Part shown: positions 1 to 12,937 of the stretch, one piece after another
How positions within the stretch are numbered: the first letter of the stretch is position 1
Layout: every line of letters starts with the position of its first letter
Source of the DNA: Lingula anatina
Taxonomy: Eukaryota > Animalia > Brachiopoda
Direction: 5' to 3'
Length of the DNA stretch: 64,000 bases
Assembly (NCBI GenBank): GCA_051362555.1
Contig: CM120649.1
Location: forward strand, 15,202,067-15,266,066
The notes under the pieces: model-generated
Seen by the model: the letters and a program-made list of their open reading frames with translations, nothing else
What the model was told of the DNA's origin: nothing
Database searches by the model: none
Position numbers and translations under genes: made by a program

Positions 1-220
1 TTTGATATAATTAATATAAGAAATTTAACATGTATTTTATTACCCAAGTATATATGTAAACTGATTAACACTATATATATAAATACGAAGGCAATGATGG
101 CAACGTGGTTCACTTTTGGAAACGCTTGATGGGATATTAAACGTTAAGTCTTTAAAAGCCACCAGTGGAAATATAATGTTTATCTTGAATATGACCTGTA
201 TGTTTTTGGATATTACTTAC

Positions 221-3200
221 GGTTACGTTCACAGTTTAACCCCCCGTAGGGGTCAGGGCAGACACATTTACCGGAATCCTCAGTTACTTGGACACAAGTC
301 CCGCCATTTTTACATCCACATTCCTGAAATAATATAGTACAAAGCCCTACAAGCATTGCTGTGGTCCTTCCTGTATTATCTTTGACACCATTGTCAGTAT
401 TTTATTAATTAGTTGTTTGATTGATTATCTTTACTTTCGCTAGTTTAATTGCGTTGAGAAAATTTGTTTGCTCTTGTCAGTTTCAGGGAAGGGGCACAGA
501 ATATAACCAGTGAAAAATCAGCATTAAGTCGCCTTGGATACACAAAACACACAGTAAATATGTCACAGGCAAGATTACATCCCAGGCTTTTAGAAAATAT
601 GGTGAAATGGTAGTATTTGCTTGAATAAAAATGACATAATGGCAAATTCACAAAAAAATACATCGATAGCATTTAATAATTTACCAATTAGGCTACACCT
701 CACAGGTCTTGTGTTTTAAATATTATAAAAATATTTTATTGCATTCTGAAATATCTTGGTCAAAATGTCAATTCCTTCATACTTTAATGGCATTATGAAA
801 ACATTTAGTCAAAACGACTTTTTCTGAAACATAGTAATAACATAAGGTTTTCTAATTATAAAAATAGCTATTTTTATAGATTATCTTGTGCAATGATGTG
901 TGCTTAGCCCCGACCTGTTCAACCTTTACAGTGAGATTATTATTCGAGAAATAACACCATTAGAGGGAATTCATGTCGGAGGAAAAAACATTAACAACTT
1001 GAGATATGCTGATGATACGGTCCTGATTGCTGAGTCAGAACAAAAGTTACAAGAGATACTAGACAAAGTGGTTGAATCCAGCAAAAAGAAAGGGCTCACC
1101 ATCAACAGTAAGAAGATAGAATGTATGGTAATCAGCAAACAAAGAACAGCTAAACATTGTAAGATATTGATTAACAACATCCTAATAAAACATGTACAGA
1201 AATTCAACTATCTTGGCAGCATGATAACTGAAGATGGCAAATGTGACCAAGAAATTAGAAGACGTATTGGAATGGCAAAAGCTGCATTTGAAAAACTGGG
1301 CAGCATAATAAAGAACAACAAAATTTCTATGACGACAAAGATCAGAATGTTGAATTGTTAAGTGTTTTCCATTCTCACTTATGGGAGCGAATGCTGAACT
1401 ACATCCCAAGGTATAGAACAACGAATAGAAGCGGCAGAGATGTGGTTTCTCAGGAAAATGATGAGAATATCTTGGACAGAGAGAATGACAAATCAGGAAG
1501 TGTTGGAGAGAGCAGGAACAAAGCGTTTCCTTCTAAAAAGCAAACGAAAGAGACAGTTGGAATTTTTGGGACACGTAACGCGGAAGGAAGAGCTGGAACA
1601 TCTTAGTGTGACAGGTAAGATCAATGGAAAGCGAAGCAGGGGCAGGCAAAGATTAACATACACAGCAAGCATAAGAAGATGGACAGGAAAAGCGGAGCTA
1701 GACCTGTTGAAGACCACAAAGGACAGGAAGAGGTGGAAGTCCATGATCGCCAACGTCCTAATGGGACAAGGCACTTGAGAGAGAGATCTTGTGCAAGAAA
1801 CGTGTAATTAAGTTTCTGTGGGAAAAAAAACTTTGTTCAGCCAGTGCAACGTATGGTGCTGTTGCGACGCAGGTGTAGGTCTTTATCATTGTTAATGAAG
1901 ATCCTTTGGTGTTTTTCTCTAGTTGATACCGTGCAATCTTACATTTATTTTAAAGGGTCGTTCCTGTATGCCAACTGTTCACATTGCACCAGATTTTTTG
2001 GAACTCTGCAAAAATTACTTTCAAGCAAATTGCTAGTGTTTTAGATAAACTTGTGGATTGCGTGGCTTTTGTTTTAATTTTAACATTCTAAGGAACTCGC
2101 TCGTGATTTCAGTTGGCATAGTTGTCGTGAATAATATATATGTGTATACACAGTCTATGATATTGAGCTTAACCCTTTTTGTGGTAAGCTACCTTTCAAA
2201 GCTGTCGTCTTCGAGACCAAGTGCTTGTTATCACTGTTATTTTGACGAGGTACTTTTCAAAGTGCATATTTCTGATGTCTTTTAAAAAAAAAATCTTTAA
2301 AAATAAACATGTCTTTTACATTTTTAAAACGTTATCTTAAACATTTAAAAACATTTTCTAAAGTATTCACAAAACGTTCAAAGTGCCTTTGCTGGTCCAA
2401 TCATTTCTGCAGAGACCATAACGGCTAAAATAGAAATAATGCCGTTGACCATAGAAGATCACTTTCCTTTCATGTTTTCTATACGATTATTTTGAGAACA
2501 AAGCAAAACAGTTTTTGTATTTACGTTTTTCTGCTTTCCAAAATGTGCATATTGGACTTACAAACTTAACTGGCTTAAATGATTAACTAGCAAAATCATT
2601 TCATTAAAACTGGTATTAAACATGGATTAAGTGCAGAGATGGATCAACCATTTTTTAATTTTTAATTCCACATAATTTCGTTATTTTAGTTTGACTATTT
2701 TCAATCTTTTTAAGTTTTCTGTTTTTAAATACATTGGTATAGTTAACATTTGCATGACTTAACTGTTTCTAATGGCATCAGCGATGATAAAAACACTGCA
2801 GCTAAAATCTCAAAGAGATCCGTGAAAAACAGTTATAATAATATTTCGTTACCAGAGGATAATACGTTATCTCATGTTCTACACAAGGCGTAGATTGAAT
2901 TAAGATAAAATGCAACTTTTTGTCTCGACATGGATCCTTTTAACTGATAAAATATAACTTACCAGACAAGATACTGTGCGACTGCATGCCTCTAAGTAGG
3001 AGCAGTTCGGGTCACTCAACAGGAACTCCGCCTGAACGTCGGAACAGTTGAAATTGGTAAGAGCACAAGTCTTTGTATTACCGCAGTAATATGCACCTAG
3101 GCAGCTTGTATGCCCCAGACAGTGGAGTGCGCACTCCTCTTTAGACAAAGAACATGTCGTCTGAAGAATCAAATTTTCAATAAATTTCGTCTGAGGCTGA

Positions 3201-3298
3201 ACCCGAAACCATAAAGATGAAGAATTCGACACGCCAAACCATATCATAAGTAGAGCACATTCTGACAAAAGGACAGTCACTATATTCTTCGTTGACAT
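221..3298 (-). CDS. Secreted PAN/Apple-EGF-(C-type lectin) protein, tandem copy A (3' exons lie beyond the window start)
   Basis: Exon 1 is 3298..2963: ATG, hydrophobic signal MSTKNIVTVLLSECALLMIWFG, PAN-type Cys pattern CALHCLGHTSC...CAL, donor CTG|GTAAGT (phase 0). Exon 2 is 323..221: acceptor tttcag|, ECGCKNGGTCVQVTEDSGKCVCPDPYGGLNCERN (EGF), donor |GTAAGT. Both exons are colinear with complete copy B, so the CTLD exons are inferred to lie left of base 1. Confidence 0.85.
894..1785 (+). mobile_element. 5'-truncated RTE-clade LINE (C-terminal half of reverse transcriptase), nonsense-mutated
   Basis: One reading frame runs 900-1778 with CVLSPDLFNLYSE, NNLRYADDTVL, FNYLGS and GKRSRGRQR, broken by two in-frame stops. 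It ends in a (GA)n tail directly after the stop. An 11-bp target-site duplication ATCTTGTGCAA sits at 883-893 and 1786-1796. The paralogous site at ~10645-10670 is empty. Confidence 0.93.
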
Positions 3299-4282
3299 CT
3301 CCAAGCTACTTTTTGAATTCTTCAATATCTCTCACGTGAAATGTGTTCACAGCATCTATTGTTACACCAACCGCTGCAGACTGCAAGCTCGTTTTCAGTT
3401 ATTAGTGTTTTGGTTGGCTTCACCTGACTTCCTCAGTGAGAGATTAATCTGAAGCGTCCTTTTTTTTTGTAACACTGAAACGCTGTTTATTGTGTACTGT
3501 GCCACTGACAAAAATTAAAAATTGATATGGCACTTAGTAAAGATTAAACCATTCACTGTAATTGTAATATGAAATCATCTTTCTTGTGTGTTAATTGTAG
3601 TTTTGATTGATTGAGTTTACTGAGATTAATCATTTCAAACAGATGGGGTTTTGAAAATTTGATGTTTGTTACTGTCAGTTACAGGAGAATATTAAACCAG
3701 TGCAAATCAGTATCAAGTGAAATGTATATACGAAAAATTAGAATTAGAAAAAACGAAAGGAAAGAAGCAATACTGAAAATTTATCTGTGATAAAATTCTA
3801 TTGCTTAAAAAGGACCCCCTAATACCTCTTCCCACCTATTATAATATGTTTACAAAAATAGAAATAACATATTAGCAAAAAATAATCTGACTTTCAGTGA
3901 CATAAAATCACCTTCGAGATCTATCGTCTCATAGACGTGTGTCTTTCTCCTGGCCCTAAATAATCCCTGAAACGCTTTCGTCATTAAAAAATATTTGCTT
4001 TATTATCGTGCGTGCAAACCGCTTATGACTAACTACCTCTGCAGATTTCTCATTTAACATTTATTACTTCATTTGATGTAAAATATTGTCTTGCGGAGGA
4101 GCCACGTTACTGTCTACTAGCTGATTCCCGTTACATCAATCACTGAACCATGATAAGAGATTGGTATACATGATTTGTAGAATCTTTTTTATGTAATATA
4201 ATCTGTGTGAAAGTCTTATTTCCACACTTGCCCTTATTATTAATAATAATAATGATAATTAAAAAAATATATAAGAAAATAA

Positions 4283-4350
4283 CGGGACTGAGTGGAAATC
4301 GTACCAATGACGATTAGCCCAGGACGTTACCACCCGGCCAGCAAAACCTG
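4283..4350 (-). mobile_element. Possible tRNA-derived SINE head remnant
   Basis: The minus strand has an A-box-like TGGCCGGGTGG and a B-box-like GGTACGATTTC at tRNA-like spacing, but no acceptor stem or cloverleaf. Confidence 0.3.
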
Positions 4351-4773
4351 CTTTGTGATGTCAATATATAATACCAGTACACATGTCGAAGTTTAACGGA
4401 AACTGCCGAAGGCTAGAAATACCTTCAAAATATACTTTTAACAGTTTTAATCAAATTCAAATCATGGCCACTATCTTCCCACTGCTCTAACATATTGCTA
4501 ACACCTGTCAGTTGTCAACAGATCGTTGTAGAATGGGAGAAAAACGTGAAAAGGAGACTTCGGCTGATCTGTTTTTACTTTATAGGGTATGGCGCTTGCC
4601 TACAGATCAATTTGCTGTGGTAGGCAGCTCACTCGTAAATTACTTGGCCAATTAACATGTTCATTATGCTGTTAACAATCCAAAGACCCCATTGGGATGT
4701 GCTCTGGGCCAAGTCCTAATTGGGTTGTAGTGTGGGTCATTTAGAAAGTAGATTACATTGGGTTCTGGCCTGT

Positions 4774-4810
<37 letters not shown>
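4774..4810. repeat. (AC)n microsatellite
   Basis: Pure AC run. Confidence 0.95.
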
Positions 4811-4814
<4 letters not shown>

Positions 4815-6523
4815 AACAGGGCGTTACGTCTATTGTTTGCTCATGTCGATAGCAATTTCTTTCCATTAGCGACAAAAGAAAACTGACGTGAGTCATTTTA
4901 GGAGCCGAGTGTGTTCGTTGGACCGACTGATTTGATTGTTCGAAAAGGATTATTGCCAATGCTCCTACCCTGTAATTATCGTGCATGCTCTATTGTCCGA
5001 CCATGCGGTGCAGGGGTAGGAGTCCATGCGGCCTATTGGTAAGGTTAGATTCCAGCGGCACTGTACTACAACCTGTAGTACAGGTTACACCGCCAACCCC
5101 TTATCACCGTACAGTAGAGCCTTTGATGTCGATATTTGATTGCGTTGTCTCAACCAGATTTCTTGTTTTAATCTCCCCTACCACATTCACGATCAGTCGG
5201 TGTGTGAAGTCGAATTCTGTGCCTCAAATAAGAAATCACTAGAAGCCACTATATGCATCTGAAATAGTGTCCTCAAATATATTAAGAATGTGGATTTCTT
5301 TCGTTTCACGGCGTTACATGTATTAATATTGTTAATGTGTTATATTCAATGGGTTTAGGGTGTTAATGAGAACATCTGTGTCTGAATTTATATTTATAAC
5401 CCTTGAATTGGTAAACTGGTTTGTTTTCCACCCAAACATGTGCAAGTTACTTAACATATGGCGGTAGGAATGGATCCCACATGAAGGATATTGGAGCATA
5501 GGACGGCCCAGATATATCCATGCAGTGCATTTACCGGATTTGGGGCTGTGTTGGAGATAACGTCTACAAAAAACTAATGCGGCATTTGTCCAGTCGATCA
5601 GTTATATAACTGTGTCTGACGATTTCTGGAAATTTAGTCCCAACAATATAAACATCACAAATAATGTAGCGGTATGGTTCCGCCATATTTTACATGTGCG
5701 GGTTACAAGAAACGGTAGAAATCACATTACAATTTGAGGGTAAATACATTGTCTATTCTTTTTATTCTGTGTGTGTAAGAGCTGGCTTGGTCCGTTTTTA
5801 AAGATTATTGTTTTTCTTTTGTTATTTTCTTTTGTCTTTTGATACACGACCTGAATTTTATGCAAATAACCACGACGGATAACCACGCCATTTGGAATAA
5901 AAAGCAAAAAAATTATTGAAAGTACATTTTTTATTTCAATAAACACGTGAAATTAGAGGAAACTAAAATCGCAGAATGAGATTGTGAATGCGGCCAAATA
6001 GTGATCTGGTTAGAAATGTCTTCTTTACAGATGGGCGGTGTAACATAGAAAAATGGCGAAGAGAGCAGCAGTGTTGACCTTAGAAAAAGTATCTGTAGGC
6101 AAATTTGACAGCAGGAAGCAAAAAAAAAACCTTGATCTCATAAGGTAATTTGACAACAAAAACAGCATCGGAAGAAATCTCGTAAAATATATTGAAAGCG
6201 TAAAACATGATACAACTATCCATGTTGCCGTTTAAGTATGATGACGATTCCGTATTTTCTCTACAACTAATCCATTTGAAATGTTTTAACCAGAGCTCGT
6301 TGAAAAAATTCCTAGAGTTATTTGGCCTTTTTGTTTTGTTTTCTCTCAGTCGGTCTGTAAGCCGGAGTCAACAAGAAGCTTACTTCACCAACCATACAGT
6401 TTTTTAATATATAAGGTACGAATAAAATGAGACACAGAAAGATTGTATTATTGTGCTAATATTGATTCCTTCCCATGCGAATTATATCCTGTAGGCCTAT
6501 ATATTTTCAGTATGCGTCGTTGT

Positions 6524-9500
6524 CTAGGTTTCTTCTGTTTCACATATAAAGTTAATACTATCACTGCATTGAATGTCATCAAAAAGCTTGGTGACTTTAT
6601 AGTATTGTACACAGTCTTGATTCCCCCTATTGTTATTTGGTTCACCTGGAATGGAAATTACTCGTGGAAAATTGATTCTTCTTATGCAAATAAAATCAAC
6701 ATCAGGTCATTTCGTTTGAATTACAATGTTTGAAATCTTCTTCAATTTAAAGCCGATAAGAAGTCATTATTCCAATAATAAACCGATAGCAATTATGGGA
6801 ATCGGCAATTTTCAGTAAAAATTTGGCATTTTCTGCTTGGCATCGCTTTATTTTTTTACTTCTACCAGTATTAAAGAGCACTACAGCATGGCAATACATG
6901 ACAAAACAAAAGGTATATACCAAGTAAGATAGTTTTGAAAATTCCTCAGACACATTCCATTCAAGTTACTTAAAGACAAAAATATTAAACTAAAATATGA
7001 AAATACACATGGAAATATGCGAGTTTTATACCTGGGCCCCATGCAGTAAATGGTGCTGGAATGTCGCCCCATCCGGACAATACCCAGGTACCTTCAGAGG
7101 CTTCATCTGTTGTTGCGGTAAACCAGGAGGTGGCGCTGCGAGCTGCAGGTAAATAACTGACATTTATTTGGGTGGCTTAGGGGAAATGTGGCCAAATTGT
7201 GAAAGCACCAAATTTTGCATGTGGTTACCTTCTGACATACTATGTCGAATTAGAGCCGTAGCCCTCTGATAAAATTTAACGATCGGTCAAAAAATTCCAA
7301 AATGGCCGTCAAAGCCTTGGATTCTATAGAAATTTAATTGTGACAACTGGTACCAACTTATATGAGACACTATCACTGTCTAAGTAGATTGCAAGATGAT
7401 AACAATAAAATAAGCAAACGAAAACATTGAGTACTTTGCAAAGTTTAAGTACTTGTGGGTAACACATACCATTACCCACGACTGTACTGTTGTTGACGCC
7501 TATTTTGTTATAAATCACTGTGAAACGCACTAGTATACCGATGTCAGATGATGTTATATCATAAATTTCCCATACCTTCGTCGGTCATAATATATTGTCT
7601 AATAAAAGTGTGCTCCTCTTCATCGTCAACGGCGACAAGCCTCGCTCCCATTGACTCGCAGTGGGCTTTGGCCTGGTAGAAGTTGCCTTTCAGTGTCATG
7701 TTGAAACTGTAGCAACTTGTCCTGAACGTAACCTCAAATTGCGTTGGACACCTCACTTAAAGCACAAAAAGTGATAGAAATAATTTGATGTAATTAATAT
7801 AATAAAATATAACGTGTCTTTTATTGCCCACGTATATGTAAACTAATTAATACCATAAATACGAATTCAATGATGGCAATCGAATCGATGGCAACGCAGT
7901 TCACTATTGGAAACGCTTGATGGGATATTAAACGTTGAGTCTTTAAAACCCATTATTGGAAATATAAACTTTATCTAGAATACGACTAGTATGTTTTTGG
8001 ATATTACTTACGGTTACGTTCACAGTTTAATCCGCCGTAAGGGACAGGGCAGGCACATTTACCAGACCCCTCAGTTAATTGGATACAAGTCCCACCATTT
8101 TTACATCCACATTCCTGAAATAATATACCCTGTAGTATACAAGCATTGATGTGCTCCTTACTGCATTTACTGTGTCACCAATGTCAGTATTTTTATATCT
8201 TTTTATTAATCACTTATTGACATTATTTACCTTCCACTCCTACTCGCATTCTTACATTATATTCTTTATCTTATGATGTGTACTAATATCTATTTTGTTT
8301 AATAGATTATGTACAAATTCTCAGTGTTGTATTTTATTGACCAGTAAAAGAACGTCTTGGGACCACTTATTATTATTTTCATTAAATAGAGGTATTACTT
8401 CATCTCCATATTGACCAATATGTGCAATTTTCAACAGCTCTATCCGAGAAGGACATGTTCCTGCAATCTGGAAATCAGCTGATGTGGTTCCACTACCTAA
8501 AGTGCCACAACCTAAGTCAACTGAATGCGACGTCAGACCTATATCTTTGACACCAATTCTCAGCAAGGTTCTAGAATCTTTTATAGTAAAGTGGATTTGG
8601 GATTTTGTAATTATTGATAGAACGCAGTTCGGTGTTGTGCATGGCAGTTCCACAACACATGCCCTAGTAGAACTAATCCACTTATGGATGAGCGGTCTTG
8701 GGCCTTCACATAGAAGCAAGTCATTCCTCAGGATTCTTTTCCTTGACTTCTCAAAGTCCTTTGACCTAGTTGATCACAATATTCTCCTACGTAAACTTTA
8801 CAACCTTGTCATCTGGATAAGATCTTTCCTTTGTGGTCGCTCTCAAAGAGTCAAATACAAAAACGTACTCTGTGACTGGCAGCACATTCACGGTGGCGTC
8901 CCTCAGGGAACATTGTTGGACCCCTTATTATTCATTAATTATCATGATAAATGACCTTAAGGCTAGCTGCCCAGACTACAAGTTCGTGGATGATACAACC
9001 GTGTTTGAGTTATGCGACTTTAATGCCTCTAGTAGATTACAACAGGCCGCAAATGAAATCATTGACTGGACAGAAAGAAACAATATGAGACTGAATGCTA
9101 CCAAAACAAAAGCTATGACAGTAAACTTTACACAATCAGAGACAAAATGTCAGTCAGTTAATATTAGAGGAACTCATGTCAGTGAAGTATCCCAGTTCAA
9201 ACTGTTGGATGTTTTTATCACTAACAAACTTAAATGGTCTGAACATGTTGATTTTATCTATAAAAAAGCATGCATACGATTGTTTTTTCTGTGCCAGCTT
9301 AAACGTGCTAAACTGTCATCATCTGATCTTGTTCATGTATATCAGAGTTTAATTCGGACCGTGGTTGAATATGGTTGTCCTGTGTGGCACCCTGGATTAA
9401 CTGGAGAACAATGTAAAATAATAGAATCCATCCAGTCAAGGGCACTTAGGATCATTTTCCCTGAATTAACTTATGTTGATGCTCTAGCCAAAGCAAAACT

Positions 9501-11751
9501 TATTACATTAAAATCATTCTTTGCAAAAATACAAAATGACACAGACAAGCTGAACTACCTTTTAACCTGCAATCCACACAGGAGACTAAGAAATAGCCTG
9601 TCAAAGTTTAACATACCAAATATTAGAACTGAACGTTTTAAAAACACTTTTATTCCTTTCTCTTTGTTAAATCATTAGTGGTCTAACTTTTACTTTTAAA
9701 AATTATTTTGGCCTTTATTGCATTTAATTATCATTACTCCATCCTCTTTTACACTAACTTTCAGATGCCTGTGCAAAAATTTATTTTAATCATTTATTTT
9801 ATCCTTTTTATCTCATTAAGTTCTGTTCGCATACCCTATATTATACCTGTAAATCATTATTTTAATTTGTAAATCTTTTCTCACTCCATTTTATGTATAA
9901 CTTCAACCTTTTGGTTGCCATCTTTTAATAAACTTATTTACATATTTATTCATTTACATTTACAAGTCAGATGTTAACATTTCAAGTAATTTTCCTGGCA
10001 CCAAATTACAGCACTTATATAGTTGTTAGTATGTAAAACGGTGCTGATAGCTGTTCAGTTGACTGATATTCCTATGAAATCGATATTACAATTTTCACAC
10101 ACACACACACTCAGAATACAAAAGGTTGCTGTAAAGGCAACAACTTGCATTAGCAAATTAATTCACTTTGATGTATTTTTGATGTGACAGTATTATTTCA
10201 TAACATGGCAATATTTATTTCCGTACTTTAAAACGAATAAGGTAAACAATCTTTACATACATTCTATCGCACCGCCTGAACATTTTAAGGATATTGTCAC
10301 CCTTCGGCCCAATATCCTTGTTTACTGCCCTTCATATAATAGGATATAATAGGATATAAATAGGATATAATAGGATATAAATAAGCAGATGTGAAAGTCT
10401 CTTTTTATCGTAATTAAGTTTTACTCTTTTCCAGCAAACACAAAACCTTTTCAACACATTTCAAACACGTTGTATTGTGTTCATAACATTATCAAAGTAT
10501 TTTACCACAGTTAAAAATATCTTGGCAAAAAATGTCGATTCGTTTCTATTTTAATTATTTTATGAAAACTCTTAGTCAAAACACCTTTTCTGAAACATAG
10601 TAATTACATTATGAAATATTTTTTATCGTAAAATAGCTATTATTTAGATTAGTTAACGCAAGAAACGTTTAATCTAGTGTCTATGGAAAACCCCTTTGTT
10701 TAGCCTGGTTGACCTTGTAGAGCTATTGCGACGTAGGGGTTGAGTCTTATCATTATAGAATGTCCCGTGGGTTTTTTTTCTCTTTTTCATACCGTGCAAT
10801 ATTGAACTTACATCAAATAATTATTCCTGGATGCAGAACTGTTTATATTTAACCAGACTTCTACAAACTCAGCAAAAATCACTCTCGAATAAATAAATAG
10901 TTTTAGATAAACCTGTAGATTGCTTCAATATTAACATTCTAAGGAACGCGCTCGTTATTTCAGTTGACATAGGTGTCGTGAATAATATCAGTGTGTATAC
11001 AGAGTCGATGATATTTAGCTAAAACTTTTCATGGTAAGCTACCTGTCAAAGCGAGACTGAGTGCTTGTTTGGTTATTTTCACGCGGTACTTTTTAAAGTG
11101 CATATTTCTCATGTCTTTTACAGTGCTGTTACAATCTTTAAAATATTTTCTACTATGACTTTTTCATTCTTTCCAAATCTTCTGTTTTAACAGACTTTGG
11201 GATAGTAACATTTGCAAGACTATTTCTAAAGGCATCAGCAATGAAACAAATCCTAAATACTAAATTTTTGAAGACATCCGTGAAAAACAAGATGTTTCAT
11301 TACCAGTTGATGGTAATATCTATTAACATTAAATAACATATCCTAGGTGTAGATCGAGTTAAGATAAAATGCAACATTTTGTTTCGCTATGGATCATTCC
11401 TGATAAAATATAACTTACCAGACAAGCTGAGCGATTGCGTGCCTCTATGTAGGAGCAGTTTGGGTCACTCACCAGGAACTCCGTCTGAACGCCGGAACAG
11501 TTGAAATTGGTAAGAGCACAAGTCTTTGTGTTACCGCAGTAATATGCCCCTAGGCAGCTTCTATGCCCCAGACAGTGGAGTGCGCAGTGCCCTTTAGACA
11601 TAGAAGATGTCGTCTGAAGAATTAAATCTTCAATAAATTTCGTCTGAGGCTGAACTCGAAACAATAAAGATGAAGAATTCGACGCGCCAAACCATATCAT
11701 AAGCAGAGCATAATCTGCCAAAAGGACGGCTACAAATTTCTTCGTTGCCAT
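6524..11751 (-). CDS. Secreted PAN/Apple-EGF-C-type lectin, tandem copy B (complete, 282 aa)
   Basis: join complement(11419..11751, 8012..8114, 7576..7755, 7032..7142, 6524..6645) = 849 bp. All introns are GT-AG and phases 0,1,1,1 are consistent. Domains: signal peptide; PAN (CALHCLGHRSC...CAL); EGF (CLECGCKNGGTCIQ...CACPVPYGGLNC); CTLD (CPTQF...SCY...AKAHCESMGARLV...WFT...EGTWV...WGPGEPNNNRGNQDCV...FDDIQC...FICE, TAG). Confidence 0.92.
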
Positions 11752-12610
11752 CTTCAAATGGTTAACTGCTGTTTGGATCCTTCATTATCTTTTACGTGAA
11801 ATGTTTTCACAGCATGCATTGAAACGCCTACCCTCGAGTCCGCAAGCTCTTTTTAAGTCATTGGTGTTTCGGTTGGCTTCACCTGAAGTCCTCAGTGAGA
11901 GATTAATCTGAAGCTTCTATTTTTGTGACACTGAAACGCTGCTTATCGTGTATTGCGCCACTGACAAAAATTAAAAATTGATACTGCACTTAATAAAGAT
12001 TAATCCATTTACTGTAATTGTAATCTAATACCATCTCATCCTGTGTGTTTTTATAGTTTTTACTGATTGAATTGTCTGCCATTGGGTCTATCATATCTAT
12101 CAGATGGTGTTATGAATATTTTATGTTTGCTATTGTCAGTTAAAGGAAATGTTACACTCTATTGCCAGTGCAAATCAGCATCAAGTACATGTAAAATGTA
12201 TATACAAACGAGAAATTAGAATCAGGAAAAAAACGAAAAGCAAAAACAATACTGGAAAATTATCTGTATTGAAATCCCACTTTGGTTTCACAAATGTGCG
12301 TGCACAACTGTAAAAAAGGACACCCAAATACCTCTTCACGCCCATAACATGTTTTCGACAAAAAGTAACAACAAATTAGCAAAAATAATCTCGCTTTCAG
12401 TGACATAAAATCACCTTCGAGGTCTGTCGTGTCATAGACGTGCAACTTTTCCCTAGCCCTAAATAATCCCCGAAACGCTTTCGTCATTAAAAATATTTGC
12501 TCAATTATCGCGCGTGCAGCCCGCTGACAGCTCAACAGATTTCTCGTGTAACATTTATTAACTTTTTTAAAAAAAAATTTCGACTTACACTGGGTCCACG
12601 TTAATGTCTA
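7783..12610. repeat. Tandem segmental duplication, copy B
   Basis: Aligns to 1-4118 apart from copy-specific insertions. Confidence 0.9.
8415..9963 (+). mobile_element. 5'-truncated CR1/L2-group (Crack/Daphne-like) LINE, frameshifted
   Basis: RT motifs WKSADVVPLPK, RPISLTPILSKVLE, QFG, FLDFSKSFDLVDH, GVPQGT, then after a frameshift KFVDDTT, LNATKTK, EYGCPVW, IESIQSRALRII, RTERFKNTFIP. A T-rich 3' UTR carries AATAAA at 9927-9932 and a (CATTTA)-like tail. It lies in intron 1 of lectin copy B and is absent from copy A. Confidence 0.9.
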
Positions 12611-12715
12611 TAAAACTGAAAACTGAGATCACAACAAAAACAGGAAAGGTTTTTTAGGGTTTTAGGGACAGGAGCAACGGATTTCACCGCAGAAATAGAT
12701 ATCGCAAGCAATAAA

Positions 12716-12937
12716 CTCCCCTTTACACTGGACGGCGTCCTTTCTGCGTCCTTTGTGCGACCATGAAACCAGCACGGCTGTGGTCGTCAAAAGGAGCCAC
12801 AAGCATCTCTTTGCTTGCAGAATAAATGCTCAATGATCGGCCAATTGTCGGCAAGTAAAGTATTATGTTGCTTCTTTACTCTAAAATGAGGCGGTACTAC
12901 GGTGTGCAGAAAGGTCGCCGTCTTGTGTTAAGGGGGC
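12716..12937. mobile_element. MITE, probably PIF/Harbinger-type
   Basis: The ~30-bp imperfect TIRs are CCCCTTTACACTGGACGGCGTCCTTTCTGC and GCAGAAAGGTCGCCGTCTTGTGTTAAGGGG, flanked by TAA/TTA, with a non-coding interior. Confidence 0.75.

Larger units (their letters stand above)
1..4118. repeat. Tandem segmental duplication, copy A (homologous to ~7783-12610)
   Basis: Introns, exons and ~800 bp of upstream DNA align by eye, e.g. 3410-3560 with 11870-12020, 3880-4067 with 12378-12560, and 1-345 with 7783-8145. Confidence 0.9.

Noticed and set aside
2900-2962. PAN ORFs (2900-3325, 11359-11757) as complete single-exon genes
   Set aside because: Both contain a conserved CTG|GTAAGT donor that joins in frame to the EGF exon; the ORF tails are intron read-through.
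4283-4350. tRNA gene
   Set aside because: A/B-box-like motifs are present but there is no cloverleaf; at most a SINE remnant.
5452-5563. Possible alternative last exon for lectin copy B (acceptor-like ttttttgtag; DVISNTAP...AIC-stop)
   Set aside because: Exon 6645..6524 already completes the CTLD with EPN and FICE, and this segment lacks the CTLD motifs.
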